From positions 20,770,001 through 20,834,000 of the forward strand of contig OZ024765.1 of NCBI GenBank assembly GCA_964016885.1: a DNA stretch of 64,000 nt, in the 5' to 3' direction. Position 1 is the first letter of the stretch, and every line of letters begins with the position of its first letter. The position numbers and the translations under genes were made by a program. The notes under the pieces are model-generated. The model had not been told where the DNA came from. It saw only the letters and a list, made by a program, of their open reading frames with translations, and did no database searches. Shown piece by piece: positions 27,001 through 41,724 of this stretch. The DNA comes from Eledone cirrhosa (lineage: Eukaryota).

Positions 27001-28960
27001 CAAGCATGTGGTAGAGAATGTAAATTAGCAGGAGGGCTCAAACGACATGCAAAAGTACATCAACTCCAACCACAGCCAGCTATTCTCAGTGAATGTTTTG
27101 GTTGCCAACTCTGTACAAGACATTGGTTGCCAACTCTGTGCAAGACATTGGTTGCCAACTCTGTGCAAGATCATTGGTTGCCAACTCTGTGCAAGACATT
27201 GGTTGCCAACTCTGTGCAAGATCATTGGTTGCCAACTCTGTGCAAGATCATTGGTTGCCAACTCTGTGCAAGATCATGGTTGCCAACTCTGTGCAAGATC
27301 ATTGGTTGCCAACTCTGTGCAAGACATTGGTTGCCAACTCTGTGCAAGACATTGGTTGCCAACTCTGTACAAGACATTGGTTGCCAACTCTGTACAAGAC
27401 ATTGGTTGCCAACTCTGTACAAGACATTGGTTGCCAACTCTGTACAAGACATTGGTTGCCAACTCTGTGCAAGATCATTGGTTGCCAACTCTGTGCAAGA
27501 CATTGGTTGCCAACTCTGTACAAGACATTGGTTGCCAACTCTGTACAAGACATTGGTTGCCAACTCTGTACAAGACATTGGTTGCCAACTCTGTACAAGA
27601 CATTGGTTGCCAACTCTGTACAAGACATTGGTTGCCAACTCTGTACAAGACATTGGTTGCCAACTCTGTACAAGACATGGTTGCCAACTCTGTACAAGAC
27701 ATTGGTTGCCAACTCTGTACAAGACATTGGTTGCCAACTCTGTACAAGACATTGGTTGCCAACTCTGTACAAGACATTGGTTGCCAACTCTGTACAAGAC
27801 ATTGGTTGCCAACTCTGAGCAAGACATTGGTTGCCAACTCTGTACAAGACATTGGTTGCCAACTCTGTACAAGACATTGGTTGCCAACTCTGTACAAGAC
27901 ATTGGTTGCCAACTCTGTGCAAGACATTGGTTGCCAACTCTGTGCAAGACATTGGTTGCCAACTCTGTGCAAGACATTGGTTGCCAACTCTGTGCAAGAC
28001 ATTGGTTGCCAACTCTGTGCAAGACATTGGTTGCCAACTCTGTACAAGACATTGGTTGCCAACTCTGTGCAAGACATTGGTTGCCAACTCTGTACAAGAC
28101 ATTGGTTGCCAACTCTGTACAAGACATTGGTTGCCAACTCTGTACAAGACATTGGTTGCCAACTCTGTACAAGACATTGGTTGCCAACTCTGTGCAAGAC
28201 ATTGGTTGCCAACTCTGTACAAGACATTGGTTGCCAACTCTGTGCAAGACATTGGTTGCCAACTCTGTACAAGACATTGGTTGCCAACTCTGTACAAGAC
28301 ATTGGTTGCCAACTCTGTGCAAGACATTGGTTGCCAACTCTGTACAAGACATTGGTTGCCAACTCTGTACAAGACATTGGTTGCCAACTCTGTGCAAGAC
28401 ATTGGTTGCCAACTCTGTACAAGACATTGGTTGCCAACTCTGTACAAGACATTGGTTGCCAACTCTGTACAAGACATTGGTTGCCAACTCTGTGCAAGAC
28501 ATTGGTTGCCAACTCTGTGCAAGACATTGGTTGTCAACTCTGTGCAAGACATTGGTTGCCAACTCTGTACAAGACATTGGTTGCCAACTCTGTGCAAGAC
28601 ATTGGTTGCCAACTCTGTGCAAGACATTGGTTGCCAACTCTGTGCAAGACATTGGTTGTCAACTCTGTGCAAGACATTGGTTGCCAACTCTGTACAAGAC
28701 ATTGGTTGCCAACTCTGTACAAGACATTGGTTGCCAACTCTGTGCAAGACATTGGTTGCCAACTCTGTGCAAGATCATTGGTTGGACTAAAAAGCCACAT
28801 TCGATCACAGCGCTGTTAATTGCTATCGTGTGTGTGTAGATATGTTTATGTGTGTGTATATATATATATGTGTATATTATTATTATTGTTGTTATTATTA
28901 TTATGGGTTTTTTTTTCTCGTGCAATGGCCATACTCGATAACGAGGGGGCAGCCATCATA
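24078..28960 (+). pseudogene. Decayed RTE-A copy with frameshifts and stops
   Basis: ORF pieces match the 7184-10729 protein from VSVYAP onward; same 3' tail at 28917-28960. Confidence 0.95.
27098..28784 (+). repeat. 25-bp minisatellite, ~67 units, derived from the RTE zinc-finger 3 coding sequence
   Basis: Unit TTGGTTGCCAACTCTGT(A/G)CAAGACA; the parent is ttggttgccgactctgtgcaagaca in RTE-A. Confidence 0.97.
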
Positions 28961-29475
28961 TATGGTAGTGAGACATGGGCAGCAACTGCAGAGGATATGC
29001 GATGGCTGGAGAGAAATGAGGCAAGTATGCTCCGTTGGATGTGCAATGTCAATGTGCATGAACGACCAAGCATGGACGAGTTGAGAAAGAAACTGGGTAT
29101 AAGAGGGATAAGTTGTGGTGTGCAGGAGAGAAGACTGCATTGGTATGGACATGTGATGTGTTGAGAGAGAAACTGTGTCTGAGAGGGATAGAATGTAGTG
29201 TGCGGGAGAGGAGACTGAGATGGTATGGACATGTGATGCACATAGAGGATGACTGCTGGGTAAAGAAGTGCCAGGAAATCCCAGTAGAGGGAAGACGTGG
29301 TAGAGGTAGACCACGAAAAACATGGGCGGAGGTGGTGAGAGCAGACCTCAGATCACTGAAGCTCACGGTGGAGATGACGAAGGACCGTGACGAGTGGAGA
29401 GATGCTGTGCTGAATAGGACCCGTCCCACCCTTGCAAGCAGGGAAAAGTGGACGTAAAATGATGATGATGATGAT
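28961..29475 (+). mobile_element. RTE-B LINE 3' fragment
   Basis: GSETW, RLRWYGHV, GRPRKTW, DRDEWR; internal ~80-bp duplication; (GAT)n tail. Confidence 0.9.
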
Positions 29476-29575
29476 ATGTATGTATATGGCCATACTTGAT
29501 AACGATGGGCAGCCATCATGTATATGTATACACATATATATACACATCACATATACATATATACATACATACACA

Positions 29576-29890
29576 TCATCATCATCATTTCATTTAACGT
29601 CCGCTTTTCCCTGCTTGCAAGGGTGGGACGGGAACTGATTCTGGCTTGATTTCTACAGCTGGATGCCCTTCCTAACACCAACCTCATTTACAGTGAGTGC
29701 TGGGTGCTTTTTTGCCGTGGCACCTCCACGACCATCATTATTATTGTTTAATGTCCATGGGTTAGAGGAGTTGTCCTGTTGTGAGACAAGTCACATCAGA
29801 TGACTATGTCTTGCTCACACAGAACTGGTTCTAGCTTGGTTTCTACAGACAACCATATTTACAGAGTGGACTGGGTGCTTTTTACCGTGT
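29576..29890 (-). mobile_element. SINE1 3' half (29576-29733) followed by a diverged RTE-C-type tail fragment
   Basis: Matches 2630-2790 and 55012-55190 respectively. Confidence 0.75.
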
Positions 29891-30001
29891 GCGAGTGTGT
29901 GTAGTAGCACATGATGCTTATGATAATGGTGGTAATGACGATGTGGTGGCAATAATGATAATGGTGATGATGATGATGGTTATAAAATATTGGTAACTTA
30001 C

Positions 30002-30039
30002 ATTCTGCCATCTTTATCTTTACATTCAGTACCAGAAAC
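30002..30039 (-). CDS. 38-nt coding exon of the WBP1/VOPP1-family gene
   Basis: ttgttttcttgttgtttccag|GTTTCTGGTACTGAATGTAAAGATAAAGATGGCAGAAT|gtaagt; VSGTECKDKDGR(I). Phase 0/2 joins in frame to exon 197-271. Confidence 0.8.
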
Positions 30040-30246
30040 CTGGAAACAACAAGAAAACAATGTTATCATCATCATCAACGCACACACATATATATATATA
30101 TATGTATAAATATATATGTGTGTGTGTTATATATATATATATATATGTTAAGTAATTCCAAAGAAAAAGCCAAGGAAAAAAAGAGTGCTCTATATATAAA
30201 ACAGAGCTATTTAATTAGAAAGTGAACAACACAAAATATAGCTACT

Positions 30247-30310
30247 CCATTACCAAAGGTTTCTGGATCCCAGACAATATTAATATATGTCTGGATTGGT
30301 CGTCAGATAA
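30247..30310 (-). ncRNA. Hammerhead-like motif in PLE remnant (~30140-30370)
   Basis: ttat CTGACGA cc.. CCAGACA/TGTCTGG ..a GAAA CC TTT GG TA ATGG. Stem I is weak; a local inversion (tggtcgtcaga...tctgacgacca) is adjacent. Confidence 0.5.
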
Positions 30311-30391
30311 CATCTCTGTCTGACGACCATCATTTCATGTATGACCGATTGTGTATGTTTATTTGACTTTGTGTATATATCCTATGTGTGG

Positions 30392-30427
<36 letters not shown>

Positions 30428-30431
<4 letters not shown>

Positions 30432-31160
30432 CGTTTCTGAATTTGTTTAGCAAGATTCTTTAATTTAAAACATGTGTTAAAACTGATATTGTTATACTTT
30501 GGGAGGGTCATGTTGCCAATAAGAAACACATTCAAATGAACACTGGCGAGACCTTCAAGATAGTAAAGAATCATCTGTACTCTACCAACATGCTAAAATA
30601 GAACATAAGGGTAAATTAGAGAACATAGAAATAAAAATAGAATCTACACACAGAAAAGATGCAATGTTTAGACAAATCACAGAGGCAATAAACATAAATG
30701 AACTCCAACCAAAATTAAATAGAAAACATGAGTGGAACAGCAACATCACAACTTACAATTAAGGACAAAATGAAAACACACACGCACATAGAACAAACAA
30801 CCAACCAGTAACATGTAAATAAACAAATAAATAAACGAATATAAACACACACAGACACCCGGATGTGGCGCATGCGCAGACTGAGCACACAACACACACA
30901 CAGAAACAAGATGGTGTAGGACAGAACAAAGGAGAGGCACAAAAACAAAGAAAAGAATCCCCAGTCACTGAAGAAGTCACAGAATGTGTGACGAAAGAAC
31001 TTTGACAATATATAAACAACCATCTGGTTGTGGAACCAACCAACCAACCAACCGGAAATTTATAAATTCCTAAATTTATAAATTGATTATAATAAATTGA
31101 AGTGAAAGCAACTGGTGCGTGTGTTTCTTATTGGCAACATGACCCTCCCAAAGTATAACA

Positions 31161-31162
<2 letters not shown>
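30428..31162 (+). mobile_element. Penelope-like element with inverted 5' pLTR piece
   Basis: 30535-30762 translates NEHWRDLQDSKESSVLYQHAKIEHKGKLENIEIKIESTHRKDAMFRQITEAININELQPKLNRKHEWNSNITTYN* (GIY-YIG C-half, RQIxEA..I...LNxKxEW). 30428-30530 is an inverted copy of the 3' tail. Confidence 0.85.
30964..31006 (+). ncRNA. Minimal type-I hammerhead
   Basis: GTCA CTGAAGA a GTCACA gaatg TGTGAC GAAA G AA C TT TGAC. Confidence 0.8.
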
Positions 31163-31192
<30 letters not shown>

Positions 31193-31569
31193 CTTTGTAG
31201 GGGCCTGTATGTGAATATGTTAAAGTATATATGAGCCAGTGTGTGTGTGTGTGTGTGTGTACAAGCACCTAATGTAGGGAAAGGACTTGTTTCTGTGTAT
31301 ATGTATGTATATATGTGTGTGTGGGGGGGGGGGTCTGTTTGCGAGCGAGTCTGCATCTGTGCCTGTATATATGGACACGTGTGTGTATATGCGTGTGCAT
31401 GGGGGAAAGGGTGGGTGTCTATGTATATGTCTGTATGCGTTTGTGTATACGAGTATATATACGCGTATGCATGTGTGTGCGCCTGTGTGTGTGTGTGTTG
31501 ATGTATATGGGCATGTAGGCAGGCGTCTGTGTATGCGTATGTCTATAGTTTCTTTATATGTTCTCCTTA

Positions 31570-31955
31570 AGTGTGTATGTATAGAGGGAGTCTATACGTA
31601 CGGATGTTGTTATCTGTGTGTGCGTGTGCGTGTGTGCGTATGTGTGTATATGTGTGTGCGTATGTGTATATGTGTGTGCGTGTGTGTGCGTATGTGTATA
31701 TATGTGTGTGTATGTGTGTGTGTGTGTGTGTGTGCGTGCGTGCGTGCGTGTGCGTATGTGTATATATGTGTGTGTATGTGTGTGTGTGTGTGTGTGTGCG
31801 TATGTGTATATATGTGTGTGTATGTGTGTGCGTGTGTGCGTATGTGTATATATGTGTGTATATGTGTGTGTGTGCGCGTATGTGTGTGTGTGTATGTGTG
31901 TGCGCGTATGTGTGTATATGTGTGTGTATGTGTGTGTGTGTGCGTGGATGTGTGA
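31570..31955. repeat. (TG/TA/CG)n tract
   Basis: Direct inspection. Confidence 0.9.
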
Positions 31956-32025
31956 ACTACCAAACCCAGTAGTAATTCATCGAAGTGTGGCAGAAGGGAA
32001 CAGCTATGGTCAGTAGAACTCACAC

Positions 32026-32204
32026 CTGTTGGTCAGAATTACGATGATGTAGAAAAGCAGCAGCCAATAACAGGACGAGCGAAGAGGATGCTTTTGACGC
32101 TAACACCCCAGTGAGAGAATTTGCTCCGAAATCATTCGACGTGTCTGACGAACCTGCAGATCCAGAATCAGTCAGATCAACACAATGATCGCGTCTCAAG
32201 GTGT
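32026..32204 (-). CDS. Exon of the WBP1/VOPP1-family gene encoding a signal-peptide-like segment
   Basis: Acceptor ttgtttcaccggcag, donor CAG|gtgtga. Open frame ...VLASKASSSLVLLLAAAFLHHRNSDQQ ends in phase 0, matching exon 30002-30039. No in-frame ATG, so the start and the acceptor are uncertain. Confidence 0.6.
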
Positions 32205-32275
32205 CTGCCGGTGAAACAATTGTAACACACAATAAATTGAGGTCACATGCATCACTGAGTTTTCGTTTTATATTC

Positions 32276-32443
32276 ATCATCATCATCATCGTTTAACGTC
32301 TATCTTCCACACTAGCATGGGTTAGACGGGAATTGTCCCACTTGAGGCAAGATTGGTCGGGTGACCATGTCTCGCTCGTATAGCACTATCTGGCAGGTTT
32401 TCTACGGCTGGATGCCCTTCCTAACACCAACCACATTTACAGT
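32276..32443 (-). mobile_element. RTE-C-type 3' tail fragment
   Basis: Matches 44590-44760 inverted. Confidence 0.8.
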
Positions 32444-32454
32444 ATATATATATC

Positions 32455-32788
32455 ATCATTTCATTTTACGTCCGCTTTTCCCTGCTTGCAAGGGTGGGAC
32501 GGGAACTGATTCTGGCTTGATTTCTACAGCTGGATGCCCTTCCTAACACCAACCTCATTTACAGTGAGTGCTGGGTGCTTTTTTGCCGTGGCACCTCCAT
32601 GACCACTTTGCAATGGAATGATAGGGACCCCAGACCCTATCATCTCATTTCTACAGCTGAGTAAACTGGAGCAATGTGAAATAAAGCGTCTTTCTCAAGG
32701 AAACAATACATCACCCGGTCCAACAATTGAACTCACAACCTTTCGATTGCAAGGCCAATGCTCTAACCACTAAGCCATGCGCCTCCAT
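32455..32788 (-). mobile_element. SINE1, full length
   Basis: Reverse complement of 2446-2790. Confidence 0.9.
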
Positions 32789-32791
32789 ATA

Positions 32792-32825
<34 letters not shown>

Positions 32826-33194
32826 CAAGGATAATTAGTTACTCCTTCATTATGTTTATTGATAGGTGACATGCGTTTCACTATTGATCAGTTCAAGGTT
32901 CGATCTGTATTGATCTGGCCCGACTCTGGATTCAAAAGCTCGTCGGTCTGTTTAGTTACAGACGTGAATCTACATATTGAGTGCTCACCTGAGTGAACCT
33001 ACAGTAACTGCACATTACACTCCCTATATATATATATATTACAGTATTCAGGGGCTGGCCCATCAAAGAAACAACATCATGCGTTCAGCCAGGCCCCTGA
33101 ATCACGAAAAAGAAAAAAAATTTTCAGGGTGATTATTGGATTTTTCAAAATTTAAAGGTTTCTTAGGAACTTTCAATGTTTATTTTAGGTTTTG

Positions 33195-33252
33195 CTGTCT
33201 GAAGAGCTCAAGCTATCATAACTGATAGTTCTCAGTGAAATATGTATAACAG
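33195..33252 (+). ncRNA. Minimal type-I hammerhead
   Basis: CTGT CTGAAGA GCT ca AGCTATCA taac TGATAGTT ctc AGT GAAA T ATGT A TA ACAG. Confidence 0.8.
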
Positions 33253-33288
33253 AGTTTTACATAAATCTGGATCAACTGAATATGGCCT

Positions 33289-33360
33289 CTGATGAAGATC
33301 CGCGAAGGTGAAACAATTGTTCTCGGTATGGTGAACTAACTGTTGTGTAACCACTTCTAT
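33289..33360 (+). mobile_element. 3' end of the PLE family at 1281-1755 (hammerhead 3' part plus tail)
   Basis: tgaagatccgcgaaggtgaaacaattgttctcggtatggtgaactaactgttg matches the reverse complement of 1281-1343. Confidence 0.75.
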
Positions 33361-33814
33361 ATATATAAATATATATATTATTAGTACAGATTAAAGTTTA
33401 AGCAAAGAATTTCTGCTTTAACCCTATAATGGGATCTTCTGAGTTTCAGAAGATACCACAATAGGGTGAAAGCAAAAATTCTTTGCTCTATAGGTTTATA
33501 TATACAACAGTTGTGATTCAAAACTAAGCTGTGTCAGTTACAATGACATGTGGGACAAATATATGTCACAGAAAATTCAGAAAAGACAGACATATGGACA
33601 ATTCTCACTCATCAGCTGTCATCTGGAGATCATTATAGTTTCAGCTGCTTCGAAATACAGGGCTGTTCTTCCAAGTGCATCAATAGTATCTAAAAATAGA
33701 TATCTATTTGGGATGTAAATATTTATGTTGGATGTTTGGACTAATGGCTAGATCTAGTCATTCTGATTGGCAGACCATGATATATATGTGTGTGTATGTA
33801 TATATATGTGTGTG

Positions 33815-33845
<31 letters not shown>

Positions 33846-34004
33846 ATGTATATATATATATATGTATGTATATATAAAAATATCAGCAGCATCACTATTG
33901 TACATTCTCCTCTCATGCAGCACAAACAGGGCCATTGTAATGGTTTTTAATGAAATGCAACACTTCAAATTGGGGAACACACAATACACACCTGCACCTA
34001 CTGA

Positions 34005-34043
<39 letters not shown>

Positions 34044-34131
34044 TATATGTATATGCGTGTGTGTGTATGTTGTGATTGAGATAACAATTACAAAGAGAGA
34101 TAATTTATTCCAGATCCAATGGAACAGAACT

Positions 34132-34718
34132 TCACCATCACTACTACCACCACAACACCACCACCACCACTACTACCACCACACCACCACCACTACTACT
34201 ACCACCACACCACCACCACAACCACCACCACCACCACCACTACCACACCACAACACCACCACCACTAGTACCACAACACCACTAGTACCACCACACCACC
34301 ACCACCGCCACACCACCACTAGTACCACAACACCACCACCACAACACCATCACAACACCACCACCACCACTACTACCAACACACCACCACCACTACTACT
34401 ACCACCACTAGTACCACAACACCACCACCACACCACCACCACCACTACTACCACCACTAGTACCACAACACCACCACCACAACACCATCACCATAACACC
34501 ACCACAACACCACCAACACCACAACAACACCACAACACCACCAGCACAACACAACCACCACCAGAACACTACCAACACCACCACTACAACTACCACAACA
34601 ACACCACCACAACACCATCACCATAACACCACCACAACACCACCAACACCACCACCATCACCACCACCAACACCACAACACCACCACCACTACAACTACC
34701 ACCAACACCACCACAACA
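34132..34718. repeat. (CAC/CAA/TAC)n tract
   Basis: Direct inspection. Confidence 0.95.
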
Positions 34719-34781
34719 ATAAAAACAGCAACAGCCGGAAACTGGCTTTAACACTTTCTACAGTTCCCTAATATTGTTTAA

Positions 34782-36102
34782 TGTGGTGGTGTGGTGGTGG
34801 TAGGGTGGTGGTGTGGTGGTGTGGTGGTGGTAGGGTGGTGGTGTGGTGGTGGTGGTATGGTGGTGGTGTGGTGGTGGTGTGGTGGTGGTGTGGTGGTGTA
34901 GTGGTGGTGTGGTGGTGGTAGTGTGGTGGCGGTAGGGTGGTGGTGTGGTGGTGGTAGGGTGGTGGTGTGGTGGTGGTGTGGTGGTGGTAGGGTGGTGGTG
35001 TGGTGGTGGTGTGGTGGTGGTGGTGTGGTGGTGGTGTGGTGGTGTAGTGGTGGTGTGGTGGTGGTAGTGTGGTGGTGGTGGTAGGGTGGTGGTGGTAGGG
35101 TGGTGGTGTGGTGGTAGTGTGGTGGTGGTAGGGTGGTGGTGTGGTGGTGGTAGGGTGGTGGTGGTAGGGTGGTGGTGTGGTGGTGGTAGGGTGGTGGTGT
35201 GGTGGTGGTAGGGTGGTGGTGTGGTGGTGGTAGGGTGGTAGTGTGGTGGTGGTAGGGTGGTGGTGTGGTGGTGGTATGGTGGTGCTGTGGTGGTGGTAGG
35301 GTGGTTGTGTGGTGGTGTAGTGGTGGTAGGGTGGTTGTGTGGTGGTGTAGTGGTGGTAGGGTGGTAGTGTGGTGGTGGTAGGGTGGTGGTGGTAGGGTGA
35401 TAGTGTGGTGGTGGTAGTGTGGTGGTGGTGGTAGGGTGGTAGTGTGGTGGTGGTAGGGTGGTAGTGTGGTGGTGGTGTGGTGGTGTAGTGGTGGTGTGGT
35501 GGTGGTAGTGTGGTGGTGTGGTGGTGGTAGAGTGGTGGTGTGGTGGTGGTAGAGTGGTGGTGTGGTGGTGTAGTGGTGGTATGGTGGTGGTAGGGTGGTG
35601 GTGGTAAGGTGGTAGTGTGGTGGTGGTGTGGTGGTGGTATGGTGGTGGTGTGGTGGTGTAGTGGTGGTAGGGTGGTAGTGTGGTGGTGGTATGGTGGTGG
35701 TAGGGTGGTAGTGTGGTGGTGGTAGGGTGGTAGTGTGGTGGTGGTATGGTGGTGGGGTGGTGGTGTGGTGGTGGTAGGTTGGTGGGGTGGTGGTTATTAG
35801 GGGTATGGTGGTGGGTGGTGGGGTAGGGTAGGGGTGGTGGTAGGGTGAAGTGGGGTGGGGGTGGGGGTAGGGTGGTAGGGTGGTGGTGTGGTGGTGGTAT
35901 CGTGGTGGTGTGGTGGTGGTATGGTGGTGGTATGTTGGTAGGATGGTGGTGTGGTGGTGGTAGGATGGTGGTATGGTGGTGGTATGGTGTAGGGTGGTGG
36001 TAGGGTGGTGGTAGGGTGGTTGTAGGGTGGTGGTAGGATGGTGGTAGAATGGTGGTAGAATGGTGGTAGGGTGGTGGTATGGGACAGTAGTATGGTGGTG
36101 GC
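34782..36102. repeat. (GGT/GTG/TAG)n tract
   Basis: Direct inspection. Confidence 0.95.
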
Positions 36103-36309
36103 GAGGAGAGGGGAGAAGTGGGTAAAAGGGAGCAGAAAGGGGGAGGATAACCATGAAGCCCCCCCCCCCACTACATACATGTAAGTGACTATAGCGTCAA
36201 AATGGGAAAATAGTTAACGTAAGATGGGGGAAAAATAATTCAAACTCATCTCAAAGAGAATCAGGATATGTGAAATGCTCAGTAAAGGGCTGTACCTTTA
36301 TACCACAAA

Positions 36310-36506
36310 GCATGACCAACGCTCTACCGATTCTGCTAATTCAGCACCCTAATAATATAATAATAATAATTGTTTCTACTTTTGGCACAAGGCCAGCAAT
36401 TATCCCAGTGTATTACTGGTACTTTATTTTATCGATCCCGTAAGGATGAAAGGCAAAGTTGACCTCGGCGGGATTTGAACTCGGAATGGAAAGGGGCGTA
36501 ACTCTA
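36310..36506 (-). mobile_element. SINE2 pieces (body/tail 36362-36506 and the head of a second copy 36310-36350)
   Basis: Reverse complement of the segments at 49343-49666. Confidence 0.8.
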
Positions 36507-36931
36507 TAAGTGACTATGGGAAAAATAATTCAAACTCAACTCAAAGAGAATCAGGATATAGCTTCATCCAACAGAATTTAGTGAAATCCATGGAAAAATC
36601 AATAGAGCCTTAACTCATGATAAAATAAAGTTTTAAATACTCATCCATCAATTTGGAAAAACTTCAAATGCTCTGTATAGTCTTGAAGACTATTTCATGA
36701 AAACTTTCAGTGGAGATAGTCATGGTTGGAATTCGATCCTCAGCAGAGCTCAACTCGATAACCAAAATTTCTCACTGATTAATATGCCAAAAAGGGAATT
36801 TAAAAGCAGGCTAGTTCACCATCATGTGTGATTATGAAAATAAAACGCACATGTGGAAAGACAGGGCTGGTGACGTCAGAATGAGACGAATGTTTGTTTC
36901 CAAGAAACAACAATAATATATATATATATCT

Positions 36932-37097
36932 CTATCTATCTAAGGCGGTTAAAATTCCCGAGATCCATGGACGAGTTCTCTCCAGCGGTCTCTGTCCCTC
37001 ATTATCGCTGCCATGTCCTGCATCTCCAACAGACCAGTGTCTGTCCTTAGGGCATCAACATACGTTAACCTTGGTCTTCCTCTTCTAGTGTGTCCAT
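36932..37097 (-). mobile_element. RTE-clade LINE 3' end (another family)
   Basis: HGHTRRGRPRLTYVDALRTDTGLLEMQDMAAIMRDRDRWRELVHGSREF* followed by a (TAGA)n tail. Confidence 0.8.
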
Positions 37098-37104
37098 GTA
37101 TGTA

Positions 37105-40262
<3,158 letters not shown>

Positions 40263-40404
40263 TAAACAAGCAGGATGTATATTTGTAATTTTTAGCTTTG
40301 TGCTGCAATGGTGAGTAAATAATGAAATAATGAGAGAGTGTTTTTAATGTTTCAGACAATTAACCTTCATCAAATAAACTGCAAAGAACATAAAAAAGGA
40401 AATG

Positions 40405-40444
<40 letters not shown>

Positions 40445-40729
40445 TTCTTCTCTTCTTTCTCTGACTTATTATTTAAATTATACCATCTATTGAACTCTCT
40501 CACAATAAATGATTCTGTAAAAACCCAAAGAACAATGGAAGGCTGAACAAAAGAAATCCAAATGAAAAGACAAGGAAAACATTAACAAACAAGACATACA
40601 TAATATATAGATTTCTTATTTTGTGTTGAAATGGTGAGGAAATGAGTGAATGCTTGGAATATTTCAGCTTAACTGACCTTCAACAAAGGAAGATAAAGAT
40701 AAGATGAAATATGAGGAAATGAAACAGAC

Positions 40730-41720
40730 AAATTAGACACAAGTAAGGTTGTGTATTGTTTAGGGTTTAACCAGTGTACACAAGATCATTGTGTGGGTTT
40801 AAGGGATAGCTTTAGAGCCAGCCATTAGACACAAGGTTGTGTATGTTTTATGGTTCAATCAGTGTACACAAGTATTGTTGTGTAGGTTTAAGGGATCGCT
40901 TTAGAAGAAACCAGTTAACACAAGTAAGGCTATGTGGTTTTTTAGGGTTCAATAAGGATATCCAAGTATCGTTGTATAAGTTTAAAGGATTGCTTTAAAA
41001 TAGACACATTAGACATGAGTAAGGCTGTGTGGTTTTCAGTGTTTAACCAGTGTACCCAAGTATTGTTGTGTAGGTTTAAGGATCACTTTAGAACCAGCCA
41101 TTAGATACAAGGCTGTGTTGTGTTTAGAGTTCAACTAGTGTACACAAGTATCGCCGTGTAAGTGTAAGGGATCACTTTAAAATAGACAAATTAAACACAA
41201 GAAAGAGTGTGTGGTGTTTAGGGTTCAATAAGGGTATACAAGTATTGTTGTGTACATTTATGGACCATTTTTAAAATAGACACATTAGACACAAGAAAGG
41301 CTGGTTTTGTTTAGGGTTCAGTGTACCCAAATATCGTTGTGAAGGTTTTAGGGATTACTATGTAACCAACAATTAAACGGAAGTAAGGCTGTGTCATTTT
41401 TATGGACCTCTTCAGAACCAACCAATGAACACAAATATAGTGGTGTAATTTGTAGGGTTTAATCAGTGTACACAAGTATTGTTGTGATGGTTTTTAGGGA
41501 CCACTTTAAAATAGACACATTAGACACAAGTAAGGGTGTGTTGTGTTTAAGGCTTAACCAGTGTACACAAGTATTGTTGAGAAAGTTTTAGGGATTACTT
41601 TGTAACCAGCCATTAAACACATGTATGGCCATGAAACTTTTAGGGATCCCTTTGTAACCAACCAATGAACACAAGTAAAGTTGTGTGGGTTTTAGGAACC
41701 ACTATGCAACAAGCCAGCAT
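40730..41720 (+). repeat. Diverged tandem repeat, ~90-bp unit built of two ~45-bp subunits
   Basis: Recurrent ttagacacaagtaaggYtgtgt...tttagggttYaaccagtgtacacaagtattgttgtg...ggtttaagggat. Confidence 0.85.
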
Positions 41721-41724
41721 ACAC

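Noticed and set aside
27098-28784. CRISPR-like or repeat-protein gene
   Set aside because: Units are head-to-tail with no unique spacers, derive from the flanking LINE, and there are no cas genes; eukaryotic context.
32026-32135. Alternative frame MISEQILSLGC*RQKHPLRSSCYWLLLFYIIVILTN as the signal peptide
   Set aside because: It has an in-frame TAG, and neither nearby donor gives the phase 0 needed for exon 30002-30039 in this frame.
33505-33620. Minus-strand GACAG CTGATGA GTGA...TCAC..CTGTT hammerhead
   Set aside because: The GAAA and stem III/NUH segment is missing; at best a deleted remnant.
33790-36154. His/Thr/Pro-rich ORFs resembling extensins or mucins
   Set aside because: Products of (CAC)n and (GGT)n tracts with no splice or domain support.
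40289-40316. Plus-strand micro-exon-like tttttag|ctttgtgctgcaatg|gtgagt
   Set aside because: No other plus-strand exons or coding support; could be chance.
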